Below, piece after piece: positions 1-10,257 of a DNA stretch of 64,000 bases (within the stretch, counting starts at the first letter, position 1; every line of letters begins with the position of its first letter). The position numbers were made by a program, and so were the translations under genes. The DNA comes from an archaeon 13_2_20CM_2_53_6 (lineage in GTDB: Archaea > Thermoproteota > Bathyarchaeia > 40CM-2-53-6), in NCBI GenBank assembly GCA_001915065.1, contig MNDT01000061.1, positions 2,954-66,953 on the forward strand, read 5' to 3'. Under the pieces are notes generated by a model. It did no database searches and was not told the DNA's origin. It saw only the letters and a program-made list of their open reading frames with translations.

Positions 1-1
1 A

Positions 2-892
2 TACTGCGACGAGGAGCTTCTCTTGGATCTAAGAGACCCCGGAAACTGCCTCAGAGCCACTGAAGGTATGGACATGGTGTACGATCTTGCTGCCAACATG
101 GGAGGGATCGGGTTCATCACAGCGGTAGGTGCAGAAGTAATGCGAGATAACATTTTGATTAACGCGAACATGTTGGAGGCTGCGCGGCTGAGTAAAGTCA
201 AGAGATTCCTGTTTAGTAGCTCAGCCTGCGTCTATCCAGATTTTCGTCAGATGAGCCCGAATGTCTCGGGTCTCAGAGAGGAAGACGCGTTCCCAGCTTC
301 ACCAGACACTTTCTACGGATGGGAGAAGCTGGCAACCGAGAAGATGTGCGAAGCTTACAAAAGAGATCATGACCTGGATGTGCGAATAGTCCGTTATCAC
401 AACATTTACGGGCCCAACTGCACCTACAAGGGAGGGAGAGAGAAGTCACCCGCTGCACTCTGCAGAAAGGTCTGTGAAGCTGCAGACCCCGGAATGATTA
501 CAATCTGGGGAGATGGTGAGCAAACTCGATCTTACTGTTACATTGACGATGCCGTAGCAGGCACGATAATGCTGATGGAGTCAGCATTCTCCGAGCCGAT
601 TAACATCGGTTCGGATCGTCTGGTGTCAATTAACGATATGGCAGATCTGATAATTGACAGTTCTGGGAAGAAAATTGCGAAACGATACGACCCAACGGGA
701 CCACAAGGGGTACGTGGCAGAAATGCGGACATCAGTCTCGCAAAGCGAGTGTTAGGATGGGTGCCCAAGGTCAGTCTTGAGGAAGGTCTATTGCGTACCT
801 ACGATTGGATAGCGGAAGAGATCGCTGAAGATCGGCAGGAGATCGTGGTTGTACCTAATACCGCGAGAGGAACAAGCCAAGCAGGCGCTTAA
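2..892 (+). CDS. NAD-dependent epimerase/dehydratase (SDR), GDP-mannose 3,5-epimerase-like; N-terminus lies outside the window
   Basis: The frame is open from the window start. YxxxK motif (YGWEKLATEK). The block RYHNIYGPNCTYKGGREKSPAALCRK closely matches the GDP-mannose 3,5-epimerase signature region. Confidence 0.65.
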   Translation, partial: YCDEELLLDLRDPGNCLRATEGMDMVYDLAANMGGIGFITAVGAEVMRDNILINANMLEAARLSKVKRFLFSSSACVYPDFRQMSPNVSGLREEDAFPASPDTFYGWEKLATEKMCEAYKRDHDLDVRIVRYHNIYGPNCTYKGGREKSPAALCRKVCEAADPGMITIWGDGEQTRSYCYIDDAVAGTIMLMESAFSEPINIGSDRLVSINDMADLIIDSSGKKIAKRYDPTGPQGVRGRNADISLAKRVLGWVPKVSLEEGLLRTYDWIAEEIAEDRQEIVVVPNTARGTSQAGA

Positions 893-1224
893 ACCCAGTT
901 TCAGCCAAACACTTGGATAGGCGAATATCCCACAGCAAGTAGATCGCTCTAATAAATGCGACAAGTGCCGCATGGATCGACACCACACCTCGTACGATCC
1001 GGCAACTGTTTCACCGGAAAATAGCCCGCGCTTTTTGATTTGCTTAGGCTGATTCTAAGATGGTACGGGGGTTTGACCGGGAAAAGATTATGTCAAGACT
1101 TCCGATGAACTTGAGATTCTGCCTATTATCCTATTCCTGCCCGAGAAAGGGTCCCGTTGTTCGGCAGTTATTTGGACTACAGTTGGGTCAATATGTCGGA
1201 ATTCAATTGTCACTTTACAATCGC

Positions 1225-2682
1225 CTATACAATATTCTTCAGGTTCTTGGACAGATTCATCGACTTGAGGGTCAGCGTGCCAAATCCTGCGAGGGTTAGA
1301 GCGAGGGCCCAGACTCCGTCTAGGAGCACAAAGATACTCATTGCCAGGGCAACCGCGGCAAAGGCCCCCTCGGCGATTGCAATCCTGTCGAGACGAATAT
1401 CGCGATGATATTGCTTGTTCCTATGTGTCATGAGCCCGTGTTTTGGGGTTCTGAAGAAGAAGCCTGTCTTGCCTCGGATCCCGTTCAAGAATCCGATCAT
1501 GATTGCAGTGGTCATGCAGGAGCTCGTGTAAGAGAGCAAGGGAAGGAGGGCAAGATTGTGTGGGCTCATTATTTTTTGGATATAAAGAGCATAGACGCCT
1601 GAAGCGAAAAAGGACAGCACGGGCAGGGTTACGATAATAATGTAGGTCGGGCTGGAGAATATCGAGTCAGAAGGGGCGCTCAGCCCTAATATTAGCCCGA
1701 GAGCTGACACGAACGTGACAACTACCCAGCTCAGTCCCTGGAAGGGGCCAACTAAGGTCGAAAAAAGGACAATTCTTCTCCAGATAGAGAGGTTCTTGCA
1801 CTTCAGTATCTTTGGTCCGTTGGCAATAGCGCATTTCGCCCATCCCTGGGCGACTCTGGCCGCCTGTTTCTTCCAAACCTCCAGGCTAGATGGATCCTCG
1901 CTGAATATTCGGACATTGCTCAGGTATACTCCTCTATATCCCGCACAGTAGATCTTGCAAGACAGATCGGCATCCTCGACGATCGAGTCGTTCGACCAAA
2001 AACCGACCCGTCTCAGCACGGCCATCGAGATTAGGACGAAACCGCCTTGGAAGGAGTATGGAGCGTCGATTGAATAAGCTCCCATCTTCGAAACTGTATC
2101 TCCCTGGTCAAGCTGGAGCGCAAATAGTCGGGTCGTCAGGTTCTGTTCTCGGTTGTAGTGCCCGACTCGAAATGAGACGAAGCCAATTCGAGGATCATGA
2201 CTCGTTGCGCTTAGCCCTCTCTTCAGGACGTCGGCTGAGACTGTCGAGTCGGCGTCTAATAATAAGACGTAATCACCCTTTAGAAGCGGGGCTGCACGGT
2301 TCAGCGCACCACTCTTGAAACCCGCCCGGCCTTTCCTCCTGGACACCACACTCTGAATGCCTAGGCTGTTAAGTTCCAGAAGTTTGTTGTCGATCACCTC
2401 AACCGTCTCGTCGGAAGAGTCGTCTGCTATTACAACTAGAAGCTTGTCTCGGGGGTAGTCGAGGCTCTTGATGGCCTCAAGCGTGGAGGCTATGACCAAT
2501 TTCTCGTTGAATGTCGCTATCAGAATTGAGACGAAGGGGGGATCTCCAGGGAGAGAGCCTTCCGAGAGAGATCTTGGATAGCGGAATGTGCTCAGAAAGA
2601 GAATCACGCTGTAGTAGGCAAACAATAGGCCTGGTATGCTGAAGGCGAGCGAAATCCCTGAGATGTATATCCATGACTCCAT
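1225..2682 (-). CDS. GT2-family membrane glycosyltransferase (processive-type, N-terminal GT-A domain plus C-terminal TM helices)
   Basis: DxD motif in LLLDADS, a QxxRW-like segment (QAARVAQGW), and multiple hydrophobic helices in the C-terminal half. Confidence 0.65.
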   Translation of the reverse strand: MESWIYISGISLAFSIPGLLFAYYSVILFLSTFRYPRSLSEGSLPGDPPFVSILIATFNEKLVIASTLEAIKSLDYPRDKLLVVIADDSSDETVEVIDNKLLELNSLGIQSVVSRRKGRAGFKSGALNRAAPLLKGDYVLLLDADSTVSADVLKRGLSATSHDPRIGFVSFRVGHYNREQNLTTRLFALQLDQGDTVSKMGAYSIDAPYSFQGGFVLISMAVLRRVGFWSNDSIVEDADLSCKIYCAGYRGVYLSNVRIFSEDPSSLEVWKKQAARVAQGWAKCAIANGPKILKCKNLSIWRRIVLFSTLVGPFQGLSWVVVTFVSALGLILGLSAPSDSIFSSPTYIIIVTLPVLSFFASGVYALYIQKIMSPHNLALLPLLSYTSSCMTTAIMIGFLNGIRGKTGFFFRTPKHGLMTHRNKQYHRDIRLDRIAIAEGAFAAVALAMSIFVLLDGVWALALTLAGFGTLTLKSMNLSKNLKNIV

Positions 2683-2852
2683 CTTGAGCAGTTCACGTAT
2701 TTGTTATGGGCGACTGAAGCTTCATACCGGCTGACAGCCTATTGCTTGTTGTCAAGACTTCCGGATCTGTTCGACTCTTAACCTATCCTCATCTTCTTCG
2801 CTGATAATGGCTCTGGAAAATACTATTAATTCAGATATCGAAGAGCGGGACG

Positions 2853-3377
2853 GTGGCCGGACAGTTGAGTCTCAAGGCGGTCTTCTTAGATCGGGACGGT
2901 GTGCTGACACGAGAGAGAACAGACTACGTTAAGACACCGGAAGAGCTTGAGATTCTGCCTGGTATCGGACCGCCCCTCCGTACTCTTCGAGATGGGGGAT
3001 TCCGACTGATTATTGTGACTAACCAGTCTGTAGTCGGAAGAAGACTGACTACTCACGACGAAATTGGCAGGATTCATGAGAAGTTAAAGTCCGAGCTCAA
3101 ACGAATGGGTTGTTTCGTGGATGGCATCTACTACTGTCCGCACCTGCCCGGAGAGGGATGCAGCTGTCGAAAGCCCGAGCCTGGCCTCATTCTAAGGGCC
3201 GCGGAGGACCTGGGGATCGATATCGCAGCTTCTTGGATGATTGGTGACAAGGAGATTGATCTCGAAGCGGCGAAGAGGGCTGGGTGCCGTGGTATTCGTG
3301 TCCAGACGAACCTAGGAGACTTGCAGAACGCGGTTTCTAGCATCATCAAAGCCGGAGAGAAAGGTTGGGAATGCTGA
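2853..3377 (+). CDS. gmhB: D-glycero-D-manno-heptose 1,7-bisphosphate phosphatase (HAD superfamily)
   Basis: FLDRDGV HAD motif I, zinc-binding C-x-H...C-x-C cluster (CPHLPGEGCSCRKP), GDKxxD motif; sits in an operon with hddA and gmhA. Alternative TTG start at 2865. Confidence 0.75.
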   Translation: MAGQLSLKAVFLDRDGVLTRERTDYVKTPEELEILPGIGPPLRTLRDGGFRLIIVTNQSVVGRRLTTHDEIGRIHEKLKSELKRMGCFVDGIYYCPHLPGEGCSCRKPEPGLILRAAEDLGIDIAASWMIGDKEIDLEAAKRAGCRGIRVQTNLGDLQNAVSSIIKAGEKGWEC

Positions 3378-3383
3378 GATGAT

Positions 3384-4397
3384 ATGGTGAAGATTCGGGC
3401 CAGGGCACCTCTCAGAGTCAGCTACGCAGGAGGGGGAACAGATGTCCCTCCTTATCCCGGATTGAAGGGCGGGGTGGTTCTCTCTTCTACAATTCAGAAT
3501 TACGCTTACTGTTCTATTGCGCCTCGAACTGATGGGATGGTTACTGTATTCAGGGAAGATCAAGATGTCTCCACTGGACCTCAGAGACTTGGTCAACTGG
3601 AGACTAGCGGAGAGGTGGAGTTTGTCCGAGCGGTCGCCAAGCGATTTCAGGTGGACGAAGGATTTGATGCAAATCTCAGATACGACGCGGCCCCCGGCAC
3701 AGGGCTAGGATCGTCCTCGGCACTGTGCGTCGCTCTTATTGGCGCCTTCCGCGAATGGAAGGGCGCTTCGATGACAGACTATGACATAGCAAATCTTGCC
3801 TATGATGTCGAAAGGAAGGATGTCGGAATTCCAGGAGGTCTGCAGGATCAATACGCGTCGACCTTTGGGGGCTTCAACCTGATCGAGTTCAAGAAGGGTG
3901 CAAACATCGTCAATCCTCTTCGAATAAAGCGAGAGACCTTGAACGAGCTAGAGTATAACAGCCTCCTCTGCTTCACCGGGACTACGCGACGTTCGGGCGG
4001 TATTCTTCAGAGACAGATAGAATCGTATGAAAATAGGGAGTTGAACGTCATGGACGCGCTTGAGCGTATGAAGGAATTGACGCTCGAGATGAAGGACTCA
4101 CTCCTAACCGGCAATCTCACAGAGTTCGCTAGACTGTTGAACTCTGAATGGGAGACGAAGAAGGCACTCGACTCTGCAATCTCCAATGATGAGATAGACA
4201 AGCTGCTCCAAACGGCCCGACAGAACGGGGCCATAGGCGGCAAGCTTCTAGGAGCCGGAGGCGGAGGATTCCTCTTCCTATACTGTGAGCCTGGCAAACG
4301 GGTCCATGTCGAAAAGGAGGTCGAGCGTCTCGGAGGGAAGGCCTTCCCTGTCAGATTCGATCTCGAAGGTTTGCAAACCTGGCGAAGCCCAAAGTAG
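3384..4397 (+). CDS. hddA: D-glycero-D-manno-heptose 7-phosphate kinase (GHMP kinase)
   Basis: N-terminus RAPLRVSYAGGGTD and GHMP motif PGTGLGSSSA; lies between gmhB and gmhA. Confidence 0.7.
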   Translation: MVKIRARAPLRVSYAGGGTDVPPYPGLKGGVVLSSTIQNYAYCSIAPRTDGMVTVFREDQDVSTGPQRLGQLETSGEVEFVRAVAKRFQVDEGFDANLRYDAAPGTGLGSSSALCVALIGAFREWKGASMTDYDIANLAYDVERKDVGIPGGLQDQYASTFGGFNLIEFKKGANIVNPLRIKRETLNELEYNSLLCFTGTTRRSGGILQRQIESYENRELNVMDALERMKELTLEMKDSLLTGNLTEFARLLNSEWETKKALDSAISNDEIDKLLQTARQNGAIGGKLLGAGGGGFLFLYCEPGKRVHVEKEVERLGGKAFPVRFDLEGLQTWRSPK

Positions 4398-4401
4398 GAC
4401 T

Positions 4402-5052
4402 ATGAAAACTATGCAAGATAGCCGACTAGCTCACAAACGATCAGAAGAAGAAGGCCGATCCGCCGCGGCACTGGCAGCCATTCGAAACAGCATCGAAACG
4501 AAAGAAAAAGTTGCCAAGGAGTGTCTCGATGACATCGTCGAAATGGCCAACGTAATGGCCTCAGCCCTGCAAAAGGGCCGAAAAGTTGTCTTCTTCGGGA
4601 ACGGTGGAAGTGCCGCCGACGCGCAGCACATGTCGGCGGAGCTTGTTGGAAAGTTCAAGAGAGTCCGTCCGGCCCTCCGGGCGTCTGCCCTAACGACCAA
4701 CACTTCAGTTCTGACCGCCATAGGCAACGACATCGGTTTCGATGAAATCTTTTCGCGTCAGGTCCAGGCGACATTGGAGCCCGGCGATGTCGCCGTCTGC
4801 ATCAGTACGACAGGCCGCTCAAAGAACGTTATCAGAGGCGTTCAGGAAGCGAGAAAGATCGGGGCAAAAACAATAGCCCTGACAGGCTCTGGGGGCGGTC
4901 AGCTCGCCTCGTTGTGCGATCACGAAGTGGTTGTCCCCTCGGATGATGCACAGAGGATACAGGAGTGTCATATCATGATAGGACACATCGTCTGCGAATT
5001 GATCGAGGAAATTCTCAGCGAGACTAGTTCCTGGAAAGAGAGTCTCGACTGA
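4402..5052 (+). CDS. gmhA: Phosphoheptose (sedoheptulose-7-phosphate) isomerase, SIS domain
   Basis: SIS-domain motifs GNGGSAADAQH and ISTTGRS. The ATG at 4402 follows the hddA stop at 4395-4397, so the ORF-track start at 4285 is an upstream over-extension. Confidence 0.8.
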   Translation: MKTMQDSRLAHKRSEEEGRSAAALAAIRNSIETKEKVAKECLDDIVEMANVMASALQKGRKVVFFGNGGSAADAQHMSAELVGKFKRVRPALRASALTTNTSVLTAIGNDIGFDEIFSRQVQATLEPGDVAVCISTTGRSKNVIRGVQEARKIGAKTIALTGSGGGQLASLCDHEVVVPSDDAQRIQECHIMIGHIVCELIEEILSETSSWKESLD

Positions 5053-5182
5053 AGATTCACGTTGCTGCGATTCTTCCTTTCATAACGAGTTTGTTCCAAA
5101 GCCGTAGAGCTACTTTCCGCGTAATCCTTAAGTGTGAAAATTCCAGCACCACAACCATTTCAGACGATGGGCGGCAAGGAGA

Positions 5183-7501
5183 GTGAGAAGACGTTTGTTC
5201 TTGACGAGATTACTCGGTGCACCGCAATGGGCCATTGACAAGCTTTACAATTATCTTGGACTACGCGAAGGCCTCTCCACCGCTGCAAGGTGGACTCGTG
5301 TCGGTCTGGGAGCTTCAGCAGGATTCCTGATTCTCGCAGGCGTGCTGCTACTAGCAGTCGAACCATGGGTAGTCGAAGTTTTGGGCCTATCCGCAGGGTT
5401 GATCGGGTTTGGCCTCTTCAATCTGATCTCAGCGCATGGAAAGAAGCTCACCATGCTTCGCGCGAATCAGCTCTCTTTGCTTGGTCACTTTACCGCGATG
5501 ATTGCTCTATATGTTATCGTCTCAAGAGTTCTCATCGTCAGCTACACGACGGACACGGTTGTTGGAACCTATATGGGAGTGTTGAAGGTTCTCGAGGTGC
5601 AGAGTCCATACGGTGTTTCGATCAAGCCTTTGCTCGACGCGTTTGGCTTTTCACCCTCATTCTACACGCCCGGCGTTGACGGTTCCTTCGACTTCCACCT
5701 AGCCTATCCCTCGCTAAGCTTCCTGTCGGTCCTCCCATTCTATGTCTTGGGAATCCGAGATCTGCGCGATACCGTCTTCATCTTCTTCCTTCTCTCAGTC
5801 CTAATCGTCTTCGCATTGGCCCCGGCCAAGTTCAAGAACATGAGTCTCGCACCCTTCGGCCTATTTCCAGTCGTAATCGCTGGTGGCTGGACTGATAGTG
5901 TCTGGGCCTTCTTCCTCGTCCTTACAGCATTTCTCTGGTACCGTCACCCGAAGGCCAGCTGGGCCACTCTAGGCTTGGCGATCGCAACCAAACAGATTGC
6001 CATCGTCGTCGCCCCTTTCCTTCTTATTCGACTCTGGCACGAAACCCCCCAGTCAAGAACGCGTAGTCTTCTCACAAGTTTTGCCCTGATGACCGCAGCA
6101 TTCTTCCTGCCCAATCTTCCCTTCATGATCGCCTCTCCAAATGCTTGGTGGAACGCTGTCGTGGTTCCATACCTGCCGAGTTCTCCCTCTCAGGTTCCGG
6201 GCGGCGTAGGTCTCTCGGACATCCTGCTAGACCTGGGTGTTGCGCTACCTTCCTCCTTCTATCTGATCCTGGTACTCGGCGCCTCCAGCTTCCTCCTCTA
6301 CAGCTACGCTCGACACTATCAGGGCTTGAACAGCATGGTCTTCGTCTTCCCGATATTCATCTTCTTCCTCTACTACCGCTCTTTTCCCAATTACATGGCC
6401 TACTGGGGATTCCCTCTTGTCATCGAACTAACGCGCCTCGGAGGTCCGAATCTGCGAGCGCTATTCTCAATGAGGCTACCGAACATCGCCTGGCGGCCGC
6501 CAACCGAAACACTTCTAAGAATCACCAGGAGGAGACTTACTCCCTCACTGCTGGTACTGGTTGCACTCACTTTCGCTTTCGTCGGCGCGTCTGGTGCCTA
6601 CATATCTCAAGCCGCAACGCAGCAGGCATCGATCCAGATCAACGGCGTGATGGACCCGGACAATATCGGGGCCGCGACCATGATCAACGTCACTCTGAAG
6701 AACCTATTCTCCACACCGGTGTCCCCCACCTTCTTCGTGAAATGGTGGAACCCGCTGACATACTTCTGGACCACCAATTCGACCACACTCCTAGAATCGG
6801 GAGCGCAGAACTCGTACATCATAACTGCTCCCGACGCCTTGAGCGCCGTCCCAAGAGGAGCTCAGTTCCACGTAATGATCTATGACAAGCTGACCAACCA
6901 GCTATTGGGCGAATCCTCGTCCTACAAGGCAAGCATTCCAGCCCCTCCAGTTGCGAACCCGCGCCTGAAGTGGTGGGCACTAGACGCGAGCGTCGGGAAA
7001 AAAGTGCCCTTCAGCTGGAAACTCTCCCCCATCAACACTGACCTTACTACATCCCGAATCTCTCCCTTGGGCGTAGACGGGACAGGCGGATTACAGATGA
7101 TTCTGAATTATACGAATACCGGTATCGGGATCGAACAATTGGCACTCTCGCAGAGGGTCCTTTTCAACGCCACCAGCGTAAACATCAACTTCGAGCCTCA
7201 GGGCACGAAGAGCGTTGCGGCGAATGTCATGTTCGCCGCCAGCGTGACAGACGGAACTCACATCTTGTATTTCGTTTTCTCGAACCGGACGAACCGGGAG
7301 AGCATAACCACATACTCATCCAACACTACCGTCGTCGTTCCTACAGAGGCATCTGCCTGGAACACCGTGAGGATGGACCCAGTATCGATCTGGCAAAGCC
7401 AAGGATGGAACACGCCTCAGCAAGTCACGCTAGCTATTGTCCTCAAATCAGACGCCCCCGGAGTCTACTTCGCTAGTGTTCTCAGCGTCGACCCTGCTTA
7501 G
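5183..7501 (+). CDS. Large polytopic membrane protein with a C-terminal Ser/Thr/Asn-rich extracytoplasmic domain; possible GT-C-type glycosyltransferase
   Basis: More than 10 predicted TM helices across the first ~480 aa, then a ~280-aa soluble domain rich in N-x-S/T sequons. Sits in the glycosylation cluster. No diagnostic AglB WWDYG motif, so the function is uncertain. Confidence 0.35.
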   Translation: MRRRLFLTRLLGAPQWAIDKLYNYLGLREGLSTAARWTRVGLGASAGFLILAGVLLLAVEPWVVEVLGLSAGLIGFGLFNLISAHGKKLTMLRANQLSLLGHFTAMIALYVIVSRVLIVSYTTDTVVGTYMGVLKVLEVQSPYGVSIKPLLDAFGFSPSFYTPGVDGSFDFHLAYPSLSFLSVLPFYVLGIRDLRDTVFIFFLLSVLIVFALAPAKFKNMSLAPFGLFPVVIAGGWTDSVWAFFLVLTAFLWYRHPKASWATLGLAIATKQIAIVVAPFLLIRLWHETPQSRTRSLLTSFALMTAAFFLPNLPFMIASPNAWWNAVVVPYLPSSPSQVPGGVGLSDILLDLGVALPSSFYLILVLGASSFLLYSYARHYQGLNSMVFVFPIFIFFLYYRSFPNYMAYWGFPLVIELTRLGGPNLRALFSMRLPNIAWRPPTETLLRITRRRLTPSLLVLVALTFAFVGASGAYISQAATQQASIQINGVMDPDNIGAATMINVTLKNLFSTPVSPTFFVKWWNPLTYFWTTNSTTLLESGAQNSYIITAPDALSAVPRGAQFHVMIYDKLTNQLLGESSSYKASIPAPPVANPRLKWWALDASVGKKVPFSWKLSPINTDLTTSRISPLGVDGTGGLQMILNYTNTGIGIEQLALSQRVLFNATSVNINFEPQGTKSVAANVMFAASVTDGTHILYFVFSNRTNRESITTYSSNTTVVVPTEASAWNTVRMDPVSIWQSQGWNTPQQVTLAIVLKSDAPGVYFASVLSVDPA

Positions 7502-7743
7502 CCAGCGTCTCGACACACACCCTTAGGCCTTGTAGCTTCGGTCGATGAGCGGCCTCGCCAGAGGATTGGTTCTAGGCACCCGGAGTCGAACGGAGGGTGC
7601 TTCTTGTTTTGTAATGGCAAGCCATACGTGAACATGAACTCATTTATTGAGGCGATAAATGCGCACAACTCTGGAGGCATGGCTACCTGACGAATCTAAA
7701 GGGACTACTGCTAGCCGGGGGACATGGTACCCGACTCCGTCCC

Positions 7744-8763
7744 TTGACCTATACGGGAAACAAGCACATGCTTCCCATCGCCAACAAGCCGATGCTCATG
7801 TACGGCTTCGACCAGATCAGAGTCGCAGGGATCAAAGAGATCGGAGTCATACTCGGACCCCTACAAGAAGGCATAGTGGAAGCTCTCGGAGACGGCTCGA
7901 AATATGACGTCAAGATTACCTACATCGACCAGCCTGACCCGAAAGGCATAGCCCATGCAGTCCTGATCTCACGCGGCTTTCTAGGAGACTCTCCCTTCGT
8001 GGTGCACCTTGGCGATAACTTGTTGAAGGACAGTGTTCCTGAACTAGGACAGGAATTTCTCAAGTCAGACTCTGACGCGACTGTTGTATTAACCAAGGTG
8101 AAGGATCCGAGCAGGTTCGGCGTCGTCCAGATAGAGAACGGAAGAATCGTTAAGCTAGTGGAGAAGCCGAAGGAATACATTAGCGACCTTGCTTTGGCCG
8201 GGGTCTACTTCTTCCGACCTAGCATATTCGCGGCCATTGAGAAGCTGAAGCCGAGTTGGAGGAATGAGTTGGAGATCACAGATGCGATACAAAAGCTGTT
8301 AGATATGGGGGGAAAGATTGGCTATCACGAAGTATCAGGCTGGTGGAAGGATACGGGAAGACCTGAAGATATTCTGGAGGCCAATCAGCTTGTGTTGAGA
8401 GATTTGAAACTACTCGTCGAGGGCAAGATCGAGAAGGGCGTTTCGGTTTCGGGAAATGTGGAAGTTGGCGAAGGGTCCATTGTACACACTGACACAGCAT
8501 TGCGCGGGCCCGTTATCGTAGGTGAGAATTCTGAGATCGGGGACGGGGCACGCGTGGGACCCTATACCTCCATTGGGAGCAGAGTAAAGATTCTTGGAGC
8601 TGAGATTGAGAACAGCATAGTTCTCGACGGAACCGTAGTGAATTGTAGGGAAAGGATTACGGATAGCATTATCGGGAAGAATTCACGGATTGTTTCAGAT
8701 CCCGCCCACCAGTCGGCAGGAAGAAAGTTCGTGGTGGGCGAAAGCACTTTCGTGAGCCTCTAG
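7744..8763 (+). CDS. Sugar-1-phosphate nucleotidyltransferase with C-terminal left-handed beta-helix (archaeal long-form RmlA-like glucose-1-phosphate thymidylyltransferase); true start lies upstream
   Basis: The GLLLAGGHGTRLRPLT pyrophosphorylase signature is encoded at 7699-7743, upstream of the called TTG and in the same frame. An ATG at 7679 sits in the +1 frame as ATG-GCT-ACC-TGA, so a -1 shift at ACC/CTG would give MATLTNLKGLLLAGG. The C-terminal hexapeptide repeats form an LbH domain. Co-located with rmlB/C/D. Confidence 0.7.
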   Translation: MTYTGNKHMLPIANKPMLMYGFDQIRVAGIKEIGVILGPLQEGIVEALGDGSKYDVKITYIDQPDPKGIAHAVLISRGFLGDSPFVVHLGDNLLKDSVPELGQEFLKSDSDATVVLTKVKDPSRFGVVQIENGRIVKLVEKPKEYISDLALAGVYFFRPSIFAAIEKLKPSWRNELEITDAIQKLLDMGGKIGYHEVSGWWKDTGRPEDILEANQLVLRDLKLLVEGKIEKGVSVSGNVEVGEGSIVHTDTALRGPVIVGENSEIGDGARVGPYTSIGSRVKILGAEIENSIVLDGTVVNCRERITDSIIGKNSRIVSDPAHQSAGRKFVVGESTFVSL

Positions 8764-8798
8764 TCCCATGCCCTTCGAGCGCGCGTTACTCCCGTTGA

Positions 8799-9539
8799 TC
8801 AGTGGGTGAGATATCCTATCAAGACGAAAGGACGCATTCTGAGGATCGAATGCAGGAGAGTTCGTTCTGGAGAAATACCCCGCTCCTTTCGTGCTCGACC
8901 AGCTTGTATTTGGTAGGCAATAGACCTCGCAAGTGTCATCCGTCGTCGATGCAACACAACTACTCCTTTGTCCAGCTTCACCTTGAAGCCCGCTCTCCGG
9001 AGCCGTAGGTCAAGGTCGGACTCCCACGCGTAGACGTCTCTGAATCCTCCCACCGCCTTTAGAGCCGCGATCGAGATAGCTCGTGCCCCTCCACATGACT
9101 GTTCTCCCAAAGGAGAGATTGTATATGTTAGTTCCCAGAATGAAATGAGCCTGTTCAGCACGCTTCTCGATGAATCGGTTTTAGCAATTGCGGAAACGAC
9201 TGCGAACCTATCCATCTGGGGCAATATGATCGCCAAGAAATTTGGAGAAAGGGTCATGTCCGCGTCAACGACGACTAGGGCGTCTCCAATCGCTCTGCTG
9301 AAGCCTAGTTGTAGATTTTCTGATATGCTGTTCCTCCAGTTCAAACGATCCTTCCGAAGAATCAACGATGGGCTTCGCTCCAATTGCTTCTTCGCAAGAT
9401 CCACCGTTCGATCGGTACATCGATCTGCAACGACGATGATAAGTCCGGCGGATGGTTTGTGTCTTAGAATTGATTCTAGGCAGTCGCCTATGTAGTCCTC
9501 TTCATTATGTGCACAGACGAGGACTGTAGCAGAAGTCAA
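8799..9539 (-). CDS. GT2-family glycosyltransferase (soluble GT-A)
   Basis: N-terminal LVCAHNEE fold and DxD in VVVDADM. Confidence 0.6.
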   Translation of the reverse strand: MTSATVLVCAHNEEDYIGDCLESILRHKPSAGLIIVVADRCTDRTVDLAKKQLERSPSLILRKDRLNWRNSISENLQLGFSRAIGDALVVVDADMTLSPNFLAIILPQMDRFAVVSAIAKTDSSRSVLNRLISFWELTYTISPLGEQSCGGARAISIAALKAVGGFRDVYAWESDLDLRLRRAGFKVKLDKGVVVLHRRRMTLARSIAYQIQAGRARKERGISPERTLLHSILRMRPFVLIGYLTH

Positions 9540-9545
9540 CCAAGG

Positions 9546-9911
9546 TTACTCTATGTTCGTCGCCAGAAAATACACTAATGAAATTGCGAGAGGAAAGAGG
9601 AATATCGCGTAGTAGAAGACTAGGAGGCCACTTGCGAACATTACTCCAAGGGCTGCAATGTCCCTTCTCGCCCTCGGATTGGCCAAATCAATCGTCCATA
9701 CACCTAGAGCCCAAAGACTGAATCCAATCATTGCCAACAAGGCAGCGATGTTGAAAAACAGAACAGGAAAATATGAGCCTCCGATCGGCTTATCGTTGGG
9801 AATGGTGGGGAGGCTGTTGAGTATTGGCCCTAGGAGATAGTTGACGATCACCACTACTCCGAGGCCGTATGAGCCCCAAATAATCGGTAAAAGGGCGATT
9901 CGCTTCTGCAT
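9546..9911 (-). CDS. Small integral membrane protein, hypothetical
   Basis: 121 aa with 3-4 hydrophobic helices; immediately downstream of the GT2 gene on the same strand. Confidence 0.3.
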   Translation of the reverse strand: MQKRIALLPIIWGSYGLGVVVIVNYLLGPILNSLPTIPNDKPIGGSYFPVLFFNIAALLAMIGFSLWALGVWTIDLANPRARRDIAALGVMFASGLLVFYYAIFLFPLAISLVYFLATNIE

Positions 9912-10257
9912 CGAATCTTCAATCGCAGTCCACTACGAGATATTGATATAGTATTCGGATGCCTCTAGTTGGCTCGGCGTTTGCCCTGGTTTACTTTCTG
10001 ATGTGAGCATCTCTCGAGGTTGGTCCTCGGGAGGAACATGGGTGAGAATGGATGCCTTGCCCACCGAGGGTTATCCTTAGGCATTCGGGGGCCATCCATT
10101 CGGCATTTCCAAGCTCGGTGGAAATGGGCAAGTTCCTTCAGCAATTTTCCTCTTCTACTTTTTTTCCGGAACCTCCTTGTAACCTATCCTTCGACATGGT
10201 ACTCATAGGAAAGACATTGTCTACCTCTGCTTCTGTCGCCGACTAGTCGATAGGAAT

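Noticed and set aside
1060-1408. Small + strand ORFs in the convergent gap between the epimerase and the GT2 gene
   Set aside because: Overlap the 3' end of the minus-strand GT2 gene, with no motifs. Likely non-coding or terminator region.
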